Assembly (NCBI GenBank): GCA_018238155.1
Contig: JABCTZ010000026.1
Span: forward strand, 32,001-96,000
Source: Candidatus Heimdallarchaeota archaeon
GTDB taxonomy: Archaea > Asgardarchaeota > Heimdallarchaeia > JABLTI01
Direction: 5' to 3'
Length of the DNA: 64,000 nt
Below, one piece after another: positions 29,187 to 38,633 of this stretch. The first letter of the stretch is position 1, and each line of letters starts with the position of its first letter. The notes under the pieces were generated by a model that saw only the letters and a list, made by a program, of their open reading frames with translations, was not told the DNA's origin and did no database searches. Position numbers and translations under genes: made by a program.

Positions 29187-30344
29187 TTGAAAAGAATTTT
29201 AATGTTTTCTCATAGTTATGTTCCAGATATTCGTATAGATAAAGAAGTAAAAGCTTTATTTGAAGAAGGTTACGAAATTTACTTTATATGTTCAGCAAAG
29301 GGAAAAGGACAAATATCGAAATATTATAAGAAAGTATTTTTTGTCCCTCTAACGCGTATGCAAAAGGCATTCATACCCTTTTCATTTCGCAAAGCGAAGA
29401 AAAAATACCAAGAGATAATTAGAGAAATCTCGCCAAACATATTGCATGCTCATGACCTCATGGCTGCAAATATTGCTTTAAAAGTAAAGCCCAAGAATAC
29501 TAAATTTATTTATGAAGATCATGAAGTTTGGGAGCTAATTAAAAAACTAGAATTGAAAGAAAAACAAAATATACTAAAAATACCATTACGAATATATCAA
29601 TTCTTGGCAGTAAAATATTTAACAAAAAGAATAATGAAAAAGGCAGATTTAAACATCGTAGTCCAAAGACATTGGATAGATTTCTATAAAAAACGTGGAA
29701 TTAAAGAGAATAAAATAATCTCTATCGAGAATTTTTCTTCCAGAGAGATGATAGAAGAAGCACTAAGTGAAGCAAAATTTATTGATGAGTTTATTCAAAA
29801 TGATCCTAGAAAGAAGCTAGTACACTCTTCAAGATCGAGCAAACCTTCTGATGATTATCTAAGAAATATCACTACATTTGCAGAAGCAGTAAATGAATTA
29901 GAAAACTGGGTTATGGTTATTTTTGGTCCTGTAGACGAAAAATTTGAAAAACTAGGGGTGAAATTTCTACCTCCAAGAAATGTTTTAGAATATTTAGCAA
30001 GTTGTTCGAAATGTGATGTAATGATTAATCCACTTGTAATCAATGAACGGATTCATTATTGCTCACCAAATAGATTATACGAAGCTACTGCTTTGGGTTT
30101 ACGTGTATTCTCACCAAAAGCACAAGCATTTTATGAGAATTTCGACGATATGCTAATTTGGTTTGATCCGAAAATAACCAAAAAAGAGATAGTGAAAATT
30201 CTTCAAAATATTGATGAATACCCTACTAAGAAGGAAATACAAGAGTATTCAAAGAAGCATCATAATTGGGATAATGAAGTAATCAAGCTAATTGAAAGCT
30301 ATAAAACGATTGAAATAGAAATAAAGAACTTTACTAGGAATTAA
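29187..30344 (+). CDS. Glycosyltransferase family 4
   Basis: PDIRIDKEVKAL, ILHAHDL, IYEDHE, SPNRLYEATALG, HNWDNE. Confidence 0.82.
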   Translation: MKRILMFSHSYVPDIRIDKEVKALFEEGYEIYFICSAKGKGQISKYYKKVFFVPLTRMQKAFIPFSFRKAKKKYQEIIREISPNILHAHDLMAANIALKVKPKNTKFIYEDHEVWELIKKLELKEKQNILKIPLRIYQFLAVKYLTKRIMKKADLNIVVQRHWIDFYKKRGIKENKIISIENFSSREMIEEALSEAKFIDEFIQNDPRKKLVHSSRSSKPSDDYLRNITTFAEAVNELENWVMVIFGPVDEKFEKLGVKFLPPRNVLEYLASCSKCDVMINPLVINERIHYCSPNRLYEATALGLRVFSPKAQAFYENFDDMLIWFDPKITKKEIVKILQNIDEYPTKKEIQEYSKKHHNWDNEVIKLIESYKTIEIEIKNFTRN

Positions 30345-30566
30345 AAGATTTAACAGAAACATCTTACTAAAAAAGGAATAATGAGTAAAATATACTTTAA
30401 TCCCATTCATTTGAAAGAATTCTATACAAATAAATATGGATACAAGAAAGGAGATCTCCCACAAACGGAGGAGTTATCAGGCAAAGTATTAACTTTGCCA
30501 ATGTATCCTGATTCATCTAAAGATAATTTAGATTATATGATACAAAGTATAAAGGAAGTAATTTAA
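30340..30566 (+). pseudogene. 3' remnant of a DegT/DnrJ aminotransferase
   Basis: QKHLTKKGIMSKIYFNPIHLKEFY...YMIQSIKEVI closely matches the C-terminus of 39879..41021. Confidence 0.85.
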
Positions 30567-30619
30567 TTTTTGTCTCATAAACAAGTATTTTAGAGGATGA
30601 AAAAGATACTTGAAGAAAA

Positions 30620-30959
30620 TGCTTAATTTCCGTCAATATTTCTTATCTATAATTTCAGTTATTAATTGAGCATTTCTTTCGGTTGCTTTACCATCAAAGC
30701 TAATAAATTTGTTGATCAATTTTTTTCTTTGTTCTTTCAAAAAATCTTGTAGCATCATTAACAAGACATCTAGTTAACAAATTGTATTTGAAAGTATGAG
30801 GATGAGAATAAATATCTTCAAAGAGGTCAACGAAATCTCTTCCTTTCAATTCAGTAGTTATTAGAAAAATCTTATGTCCTTTCTCTTTCAAGCTTCTTGT
30901 TTTTTTTCAATTCTAACATCAGGCATATGATTGTGAGTTAACATTAGAATATTTACCAT
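30620..30959 (-). pseudogene. Chimeric glycosyltransferase remnant (GT4 N-terminus joined to a GT-B C-terminus)
   Basis: SD GAGGT then MVNILMLTHNHMPDVRIEKK, frameshift in an A-tract to LKEKGHKIFLI (like the N-terminus of 29187..30344); later frame KFISFDGKATERNAQLITEII (like DGKASSR and DGKSNER of 30990 and 43396). Confidence 0.7.
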
Positions 30960-30989
30960 TAGTAATTACCTCTTCATTCTATGAATCCA

Positions 30990-32975
30990 TTACTTAGCTA
31001 TTTGAGTAATAATTCTCGCATATCTAGATGATGCTTTCCCATCAAATTTTATGAGATCTTTAATGAGTTTTTTCCGATTCATTGTGAGTTTTTTCTGAGC
31101 GGAATCATCATATAAAGATTGGTTTATAGCATTCACAAGTTCTTCTTTTGTTTCTACTTTTAGTACAGCTCCTGAATTCTTGAACAAGGTATTCTCTTCT
31201 TCATTGGGAGGAATGAATGTAATAACCGGTTTATCAAAAAACATTGCTTCTAAACCTGTAGTTGAGTGAACAGTAATAGCAACATCACATACATTTAGAA
31301 CGTCAAACAAAGGCAAATTTTTCTGAACAATTGCACTAGTTAAATTATATTTATCATTTATCAAATTAGCAATTTTCTGTTCATCCTCTCTGGGGTGAGG
31401 TTTCCAAATTAATTGTAAATCTGAAAAATTTTCTTTTAATGTTTCTGCTATATTCAAATTAAAATAGTCTCTATTTGCTATTACAGGTAATGCTTGACTT
31501 AATATAACCACTGTTTTCTTTTTAGAATTGAAACCTAGTTTCTCTAGAAAGTCATTTTTATTGAAGATTTCTTTTTTCAAAATAACATCCCATTGCGCAC
31601 TACCAACAATTTCAACGCGATTTTTTGGATAACCACCAAATTTAGTAATTAGTTCTTTAGTGTTATTTCCATGAACACAAGTAAGATCTGCAACATGATT
31701 GCATTTATCATCTACATCATGATTTTCCTCGTCACAGATCATATTGTTTGAAACAAAATATTCAGGAGAAGCGAAATTGATAAACCCATGTTGAATAGCT
31801 ATAGTAGGAATTCCTAGAGTTTTTGCTGAATAGATAAACGCTTTCCCATTAGCAGCATGTTCATTATGCAACACAATTACTTTTGGTTTGATTTCTTCAA
31901 GTAATTTCAGAAAAAGAGTATATTTCTCATAAGCATTACTCATTTCAGTTTTGAAAATCCTAAACAATTGAAATCTATTGACATCTAACAATGAAACTCC
32001 TTGATAAGTAAATGCTTTTTTGAAATCATTATTTTTGAATAATCGTTTTAATCGTCTATGAACAATTCTTCTATTCTTATTTGTTCTCAAAGAGATTCCT
32101 AGCGTATGATAATAAAAAATGGGTATATTATTCATTTGTGTTCTAATTTTATGAATAGTATCAAATTTTTCTCTTTCGGATAAATTATCAAGAACTTCGA
32201 TTGAGTAATGATCGTAAGCACCCAATTTATCAATTTCTAGTTGAATGTTCTTCTGATAGATTTCATGTTGTTCTAATTTACCTTCAAGCGTATACCCTAA
32301 TCGAACATTAGAAGCATGTGAAAGATAACTAATAGTTGGGTTTATTGTTTCTTTTCTGGGATATTTTTTAACTACTTTTTTACTCCACCTTAAAAAAAGC
32401 ATAGAATGAAGCATGCGTTTTGGTCCTGTAAAAACATTGATGGCAAATTCTATGAATTTCTTATGTAATTTCTTGAATAGCAGTTTTTGTGAAACAATCT
32501 TTATTCCCTTATCTTTACAGATTTCCTTAAGAATGTTGAACTGTTTATTTGAGGTATCTAGTAAAATAGAACTTGGGTTGATTTCTGTGATAATATTACT
32601 AATTGCATCAACAAATGAAATAAACTCATGATCTCTAACATGGCCAAAAATCTTGTTCGGAAGAAACCACCAAGTATTCAAGTTGTCAATCAGAAAGTTT
32701 TGAAGAAGGGATTCATTAATAATAATCTGTTTTGAAATACCTACAACAAATTCTCCTTGGAATTTCCTAGTTTGTTCAACAATATTAGAACTGATGAATT
32801 CATCAAGATTTTTTGTTTTGATGTTCTGGATATCTGTGAGTGTGAAAGCACTGCCATCAGAATTAATTACATATGTAGAATCAAATTTTGATGATAATTC
32901 TCTTAACTTGTTTTCTAACCAAAGAGAATTATTTCTTCTAGAGAATACCAGTAAAGTATCACTTTCACCATTCAT
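30990..32975 (-). CDS. GT-B fold surface-carbohydrate protein, putative nonulosonic-acid transferase (CDP-glycerophosphotransferase/KpsS-like)
   Basis: GIPTIAIQHG, WKPHPRE, HSTTGLEAMFFDKPVI, DGKASSR; adjacent to the NeuB/cytidylyltransferase genes. Confidence 0.6.
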   Translation of the reverse strand: MNGESDTLLVFSRRNNSLWLENKLRELSSKFDSTYVINSDGSAFTLTDIQNIKTKNLDEFISSNIVEQTRKFQGEFVVGISKQIIINESLLQNFLIDNLNTWWFLPNKIFGHVRDHEFISFVDAISNIITEINPSSILLDTSNKQFNILKEICKDKGIKIVSQKLLFKKLHKKFIEFAINVFTGPKRMLHSMLFLRWSKKVVKKYPRKETINPTISYLSHASNVRLGYTLEGKLEQHEIYQKNIQLEIDKLGAYDHYSIEVLDNLSEREKFDTIHKIRTQMNNIPIFYYHTLGISLRTNKNRRIVHRRLKRLFKNNDFKKAFTYQGVSLLDVNRFQLFRIFKTEMSNAYEKYTLFLKLLEEIKPKVIVLHNEHAANGKAFIYSAKTLGIPTIAIQHGFINFASPEYFVSNNMICDEENHDVDDKCNHVADLTCVHGNNTKELITKFGGYPKNRVEIVGSAQWDVILKKEIFNKNDFLEKLGFNSKKKTVVILSQALPVIANRDYFNLNIAETLKENFSDLQLIWKPHPREDEQKIANLINDKYNLTSAIVQKNLPLFDVLNVCDVAITVHSTTGLEAMFFDKPVITFIPPNEEENTLFKNSGAVLKVETKEELVNAINQSLYDDSAQKKLTMNRKKLIKDLIKFDGKASSRYARIITQIAK

Positions 32976-33138
32976 TAAATTACCTGCACGATTTCCTTGA
33001 TTTTTCTATTATTAAAGATTATTAACAATAATAAATTTTATACAACTTACTTTGGATATTTATATAAGGATAAGAAGCTTGTAGGATAGATATCATTCAG
33101 AATAACACTAAGTAATTAGTTTAATTGAGGATAAAAGC

Positions 33139-34179
33139 ATGAAAACTTTTAGCATTGGTAAAAAGAAAATCGGCGATGGGCAACTTACATACATCGTTGG
33201 AGAAATGGCTTGGTCTCATGATGGTTCTATTGAAAACGCAAAGATAATAATTAAAGCAATTGCAGATGCTGGATGTGATGCTGTTAACTTCCATGTAACT
33301 TGTTTGGAGAATTACATGGTACCGCATTATCGACTTAAAGACAAGATTTCTGCTTATGATAATTTAGCTAAATTAACTTTGAATTTTGATGACTGGGAAA
33401 TACTTTTCGAAAATGCAAGAGAGCTTGGTTTGAAAATAAGTGCTCTTTGCAATGACTTAGAAAGCGTTGAATTCGTCAAGAAACAAAAAGCTGACATTAT
33501 AATGTTTCATGCTAGCGGTTTGACTGAGGAAGAATTAATTCGAAGAATTGGTCAGATAGGCAAACCAGTATTTTTTGCTGTTGGTGGTTCAACAGTAGAT
33601 GAGATACTACAAGCAATTAGATGGTTAAACGAAGAAGGTTGTGATGAAATTGCTTTATTGTATGGTATGCAAAACTATCCAACTAAATTAGAAGATAATA
33701 ATGCTAATTATTTAAAAACATTGAAGGATATTTTTGAGCGTCCCGTTGGGTTCTCTGACCATACAGAAGGTGAAGATCCTTTGGCACTCATTGTTCCTTT
33801 AATGGGAATTCCTCTTGGAGCAAATATTATAGAGAAGCATGTGACTTATGACAGATCAGCTAAAGGTATTGATTATATTGCTGCTTTAAATCCTGACGAA
33901 TTAGTTATTTTTGTCGATCATATCCGAAGAATTGAAACCATTTTTGGTAGTAGTAAAGTAATGGATTTGACAGAAGCTCAAAGAAGTTATAGACAAACTG
34001 TTAGAAAGAGAGCTGTTGCTATCACAGATATAAAAGCAGGTCAAGTAATCAAAGCAGAAGATATTCGTTATTTACGCTCAGATGAAGGGATTCAACCAGA
34101 GAATATTAAATTCTATTTGGGACGAAAAATAAAGAAAGATGTAAAGAAGTACGATCCCATAACAGCTGAATTATTCTAG
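33139..34179 (+). CDS. NeuB/SpsE-family nonulosonate synthase homologue (divergent)
   Basis: GEMAWSHDGS, NYPT, GFSDHT, IIEKHVT and a C-terminal SAF/antifreeze-like domain. Confidence 0.85.
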   Translation: MKTFSIGKKKIGDGQLTYIVGEMAWSHDGSIENAKIIIKAIADAGCDAVNFHVTCLENYMVPHYRLKDKISAYDNLAKLTLNFDDWEILFENARELGLKISALCNDLESVEFVKKQKADIIMFHASGLTEEELIRRIGQIGKPVFFAVGGSTVDEILQAIRWLNEEGCDEIALLYGMQNYPTKLEDNNANYLKTLKDIFERPVGFSDHTEGEDPLALIVPLMGIPLGANIIEKHVTYDRSAKGIDYIAALNPDELVIFVDHIRRIETIFGSSKVMDLTEAQRSYRQTVRKRAVAITDIKAGQVIKAEDIRYLRSDEGIQPENIKFYLGRKIKKDVKKYDPITAELF

Positions 34180-34209
34180 TAAATTAATCATGTAACTGAG
34201 GCGCAAAAA

Positions 34210-34962
34210 GTGAAAGTAGGATTCAGTATAACTGCAAGAATGAAGTCAACTCGATTACCTAATAAATTGACTCTTAAGATTCAAGACAGAGAAGTAATTG
34301 CTTTGATGCTTGATCGTCTCAAGCAAAGTGATGTATTGGATGAAATTATTATTGCTACATCAAATAACCCACAAGATGATATCTTATGTGAAATCGCTGC
34401 AAGAGAAGATATCAAATGCTTCAAAGGAAGCGAGGATGATGTTCTTGAGAGATTATATTATGCAGCAAAAGAGTTTGATGTGGACTTTCTTCTAAATATC
34501 ACTGGTGATTGTCCTTTGGTTTCATTTGATTTCATAAAAGATATTGTTCAGTTATACAAAGATACCAATGCTGACTTAATTACATCCTTCGATTTACCTC
34601 ATGGTTTCTTTATTTATGGCATGAAGATTGATGCAATTAAGAAAGTCTTAGAAATCAAAAAGGGAACTGATACAGAAGTTTGGGGTACATATTTCATAGA
34701 TTCAGGACTATTTGAGGTTAAAACATTAAATGTACCAAAATCATTCATAAGAAAACACTATCGTTTAACATTAGATTATCCTGAGGATTTCGAGTTCTTC
34801 CAAGCAGTTTATAATGGTCTTGGAAAGGAAGCATATAAAAAATCAACTGAGGAAATTATTTCATTTCTTGATGATCATCCAGAAATAGTAAAAATCAATG
34901 AACATTGTGAAGAAAAGTATAAGAAACGATGGGAAGAACAAAGGAAGCTAGATTTGAAATGA
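34210..34962 (+). CDS. spsF: CMP-nonulosonate synthetase, SpsF-type cytidylyltransferase
   Basis: ARMKSTRLPNK, GSEDDVLER, ITGDCPL, RLTLDYPEDF. Confidence 0.85.
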   Translation: MKVGFSITARMKSTRLPNKLTLKIQDREVIALMLDRLKQSDVLDEIIIATSNNPQDDILCEIAAREDIKCFKGSEDDVLERLYYAAKEFDVDFLLNITGDCPLVSFDFIKDIVQLYKDTNADLITSFDLPHGFFIYGMKIDAIKKVLEIKKGTDTEVWGTYFIDSGLFEVKTLNVPKSFIRKHYRLTLDYPEDFEFFQAVYNGLGKEAYKKSTEEIISFLDDHPEIVKINEHCEEKYKKRWEEQRKLDLK

Positions 34963-35942
34963 AAATTGGTATCATTGGATTAGGTTCAATTGGTCAAAGG
35001 CATGTTAGATGCCTTCAGCTATTAGGAATCAAAGACATCGTTGCTTATAGAACAAAAAAAGGGACCACAAAGAAATTACCAGCTGATTTAGTTAATATCA
35101 AAGAGGTATTTACTGAAAGTGATTTTTACGCAGAAGATTTGGACGGAGTAATAATAGCTAATCCAACTTCACTTCATATTAAATCATTGAAACAAGCATT
35201 AGAGCACGAATTACCTATTTTCGTTGAAAAACCAATCGCAAATTCAGTGAAACAATTGGAAGAAATAAATCAATATGATAGAAGTAAAATTATGGTTGGT
35301 TTCTGTTTAAGATTTCATGGAATTACGAAAGCTATTAAGCAGTTTATTTCAGAAGAGAAACTGGGTGAGATTGTAAAAGCAAACTTGTATGTTGGTCAAT
35401 ATCTTCCAACATGGCATCCAGATACAGATTATAAAGCTGAATATTATTCACGAAAAGATCTCGGTGGAGGAGCTCTCAGAACTTTATCGCATGAAATTGA
35501 TTTAATGGTTCATTTCTTTGGGAAGCCAATTGAATTGTGTGCATCAGTTGATAAATTGTCGGAATTAGAAATAGATGTAGATGATAATGCAATTATTCTT
35601 AATAGAATGGATAATGGTTCATTAATTACAGTTGAACTAGATTTCTTGAATCCAATTTCAACTAGAAAAGGAGTGATTTTCGGTTCAAAAGGAAAACTAG
35701 AATATTCATTTTCTGAATTAACGGTTAATTTTACTGGTTATTCAAACAACAGCGAAGTCATTTATCACAACACAGAATTAGATTCAAATCAGATGTATGT
35801 TGATCAAATGAGAGATTTCATTGAATTAATGAAGAAGAAGAAAAGTATTCAATGCACATTTGACGGTAGTGTTATTATAATGAATATAATCAAGTTAGCT
35901 GAAGAATCTTCCAAAAAGAAATCTTGGATTAAAATGGATTAA
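34959..35942 (+). CDS. Gfo/Idh/MocA oxidoreductase (PtmF/ElaA-like)
   Basis: IIGLGSIGQRH, IANPTSLH, FVEKP, GQYLPTWHP, GGGALRTLSHEID; ATGA overlap with the upstream gene. Confidence 0.88.
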   Translation: MKIGIIGLGSIGQRHVRCLQLLGIKDIVAYRTKKGTTKKLPADLVNIKEVFTESDFYAEDLDGVIIANPTSLHIKSLKQALEHELPIFVEKPIANSVKQLEEINQYDRSKIMVGFCLRFHGITKAIKQFISEEKLGEIVKANLYVGQYLPTWHPDTDYKAEYYSRKDLGGGALRTLSHEIDLMVHFFGKPIELCASVDKLSELEIDVDDNAIILNRMDNGSLITVELDFLNPISTRKGVIFGSKGKLEYSFSELTVNFTGYSNNSEVIYHNTELDSNQMYVDQMRDFIELMKKKKSIQCTFDGSVIIMNIIKLAEESSKKKSWIKMD

Positions 35943-35964
35943 TAGATTGACAGGTTGAAATAAC

Positions 35965-36792
35965 ATGAGAAACTTATTTGATCTTGATGACAGAGTAGCT
36001 ATTGTTTTTGGTGGTAATGGATATCTCGGAAAACAATTCTGTAAAATATTGTTGGAATATGGAGCAAAAGTGTACAATTGTGATGTAGCCTTTTCGGAAC
36101 AAGGAGATTCCGATAAACTTTTGAAAGATTACGCAAAAAAATATTTCCAAATGAAAGTTGACGCTTCCAATAAAGAAGAACTTCAGAAATTAAAAAAGGA
36201 TATAATGAAAAAAGAAAAAACAGTTGATATTTTGGTGAACTCAATAACTATGAAGGGAAATGATTTCTATCTGCCGTTCGATGAGGTTTCACTAGAAGGT
36301 TGGAATATTGGATTAATGGGTAACTTGACCATTCCTTTCCTGACAATTCAAACGTTTATTCCCATCATGAAGGATCAGAAAAGCGGATCAATAATAAATA
36401 TCTCATCACATTATGGAATGGTTGGAAACGATCAGCGAATCTATGAAGGTTCAAATTTGCATGAAATTTATGTTAAAGACTCACCAGACCTAAAACGCAT
36501 TTATTCTCATGGTGTATACAATGCAGCAAAAGGTGGTTTAATCAACTTCACAAAATATTTGGCTGCATACTATGGTGAACAAAATATACGAGTTAATTGT
36601 CTTTCTCCCGGAGGAGTTTATTATGAATCCGAAAATGAAACATTTTTGAACAAATATTCAAGTAAAGTTCCTCTTGGTCGAAAAGCTAACCGAGATGAGA
36701 TAAATGGTGCACTGATCTTTCTTGCATCAAACGCCTCAACTTACGTTACAGGTCACAATTTAGTGGTAGATGGTGGATATACAATCTGGTAA
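35965..36792 (+). CDS. SDR oxidoreductase (PtmA/ElaC-like)
   Basis: FGGNGYLG, NISSHYG, YNAAKGG, IRVNCLSPGG, TGHNLVVDGG. Confidence 0.88.
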   Translation: MRNLFDLDDRVAIVFGGNGYLGKQFCKILLEYGAKVYNCDVAFSEQGDSDKLLKDYAKKYFQMKVDASNKEELQKLKKDIMKKEKTVDILVNSITMKGNDFYLPFDEVSLEGWNIGLMGNLTIPFLTIQTFIPIMKDQKSGSIINISSHYGMVGNDQRIYEGSNLHEIYVKDSPDLKRIYSHGVYNAAKGGLINFTKYLAAYYGEQNIRVNCLSPGGVYYESENETFLNKYSSKVPLGRKANRDEINGALIFLASNASTYVTGHNLVVDGGYTIW

Positions 36793-36825
36793 AGTATTTT
36801 GATATTTTTTCCACATCTATAGTTA

Positions 36826-37449
36826 TTATTCTTTAATTTTCGCAGGAACACCATATGCTGTACAATTATCTGGTAAATCTTTGATAACCACTGCACCAGC
36901 ACCTACTACAACATCATTACCAATCGACATATTTGGTATAACTGCTGCACCTGTTCCTATCAAAGTTCTTTCACCGACATGAACTGTACCAGAGAGATTT
37001 GCTCCAGGAGAAATAAAAGTGAATTTTCCTAATATGCAATCATGATCAATTGTAGCACCAGTGTTGATAATAACTCCATCACCAATTTGAGTATCAGCGT
37101 TGATTATTGCGCCTGCCGTAACTAATATTCCTTGACCTAGCTTAACAGATTTTGAAATGATGGTCTTAGAATGAATTGCATTTACAATTGTGTAATGTTT
37201 TGCAAGTGTTTCGAATATTTCACTGCGAATCTTATTGTTCCCTATAGCTATAAATATTCCTTTTGCTTGACCTTTTAGTTTTCCAAGCAGGTCATCGATA
37301 CTTCCTACAACAGGCAATCCATAAAATGTGGAATCATGTTTTGTAGTATTATCATCAATATAACCCAAAACTTCATGCGTACCTGATGATTTTATTGCAT
37401 CCAAACAAACTTTACCATGACCACCGGCACCAATAATATATATCTTCAT
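36826..37449 (-). CDS. NeuD/PglD-family sugar acetyltransferase
   Basis: IIGAGGHGKV, FIAIGNNKIR, NTGATIDHDC, hexapeptide repeats, GVPAK. Confidence 0.9.
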   Translation of the reverse strand: MKIYIIGAGGHGKVCLDAIKSSGTHEVLGYIDDNTTKHDSTFYGLPVVGSIDDLLGKLKGQAKGIFIAIGNNKIRSEIFETLAKHYTIVNAIHSKTIISKSVKLGQGILVTAGAIINADTQIGDGVIINTGATIDHDCILGKFTFISPGANLSGTVHVGERTLIGTGAAVIPNMSIGNDVVVGAGAVVIKDLPDNCTAYGVPAKIKE

Positions 37450-37473
37450 TATTCTTCACACTCGGAATATTAA

Positions 37474-38607
37474 TTATTTTTTCTCAACCATTTTTCTATT
37501 GATTGCTATACTTGAAAGTATATTAACTATTTTTTCGCTAGAATTTCCAGATCCATAAGGATGTTCGCACTCTCTAATCTTATCCTTGTGTTTCTCAGTT
37601 AAGCTTAATTTTATGGCGTTCAAGATTTCTTTCTTGTTATTGGAGACATCAAGAACATAGTCAGCTTTTTCTCTATTCAGTTGCCGGGTACCAATATTAA
37701 CTACTGCAATCTTCATTGCGGGAGCTTCGATAATTCCACTACTAGAATTTCCTATTATAACATCAGAACAGGCCATAATCCCAAGGTACAAATCCCGTGG
37801 TATATTCTTATAGGTTTTCAGAAATGGAAGTGTTTCATATTCTTTGATGACCTTGATCATCGCTCTTCCACCTGCATCTGAATTCGGATAAATCAAGATG
37901 CATTGTTTCTTGAGTTCAGAAATCGCTTCTAGAGTTTCTTTAATTTGGTTTGCACTTTCTTCAACTTCAAATGTATTTGGATGTTGAACAACTAATAATA
38001 ATTCCTCATCTGGATTAATACCTAGTTTCTTTACAACCTTCTCTTTAGAAGCATATTCTTTAACGTAAATTGGATTAAGACCAGGAGCTCCGACAACGTA
38101 AATATTCTCTGGTCTTTCATCCATAGCGATTATTCTTTCTCTGCTCTTTTTTGTAGCAGGTAAATGAATACTAGCAATCTTTGTTATCGCATTTCGATTC
38201 AAATCATCTATTGTACCCGATTGCTCGCCACCATGTAAATGTGCAGTTGGGATATTCATGTGAGAGGCAGCAATAGCTGCTGCAAGCATTTCCCCTCTGT
38301 CTCCTAGAAGAAGAACAATATCGGGTTTTTTCTCAGTAAAGCCTTTGGTGAATCCTATAATTGCCTTACCAATTAATCGAGCCATCGCTGCTCCTGTATC
38401 TTCATTTTCTAGAGATTCGATTTCAACATCTACTTTGAAACCTAATTCTTTGATCAAATTAATTGTACGACCAAATTCTTCAGATAAGTGCATTCCTGTC
38501 GCAAAAAGTGATAACTCAAGATTGGGTTCAGCGATTATTTTTTTAATAATTGGAATATAAATACCGAAATCAGCTCTTGTTCCCGTAATTATACAAATTT
38601 TTCTCAT
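37474..38607 (-). CDS. neuC: UDP-GlcNAc-type 2-epimerase, hydrolysing (NeuC/LegG)
   Basis: ITGTRADFG, TGMHLS, LGDRGE, HLHGGE, YPNSDAG, GNSSSGIIEAP; start refined to 38607. Confidence 0.9.
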   Translation of the reverse strand: MRKICIITGTRADFGIYIPIIKKIIAEPNLELSLFATGMHLSEEFGRTINLIKELGFKVDVEIESLENEDTGAAMARLIGKAIIGFTKGFTEKKPDIVLLLGDRGEMLAAAIAASHMNIPTAHLHGGEQSGTIDDLNRNAITKIASIHLPATKKSRERIIAMDERPENIYVVGAPGLNPIYVKEYASKEKVVKKLGINPDEELLLVVQHPNTFEVEESANQIKETLEAISELKKQCILIYPNSDAGGRAMIKVIKEYETLPFLKTYKNIPRDLYLGIMACSDVIIGNSSSGIIEAPAMKIAVVNIGTRQLNREKADYVLDVSNNKKEILNAIKLSLTEKHKDKIRECEHPYGSGNSSEKIVNILSSIAINRKMVEKK

Positions 38608-38633
38608 ACTATTTGCACCTTTGCAGTCGAAGC

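Noticed and set aside
30888-30907. Phase variation or selenocysteine readthrough at the A-tract/TGA
   Set aside because: The downstream gene body is deleted, so neither would restore a product; no SECIS-like context seen
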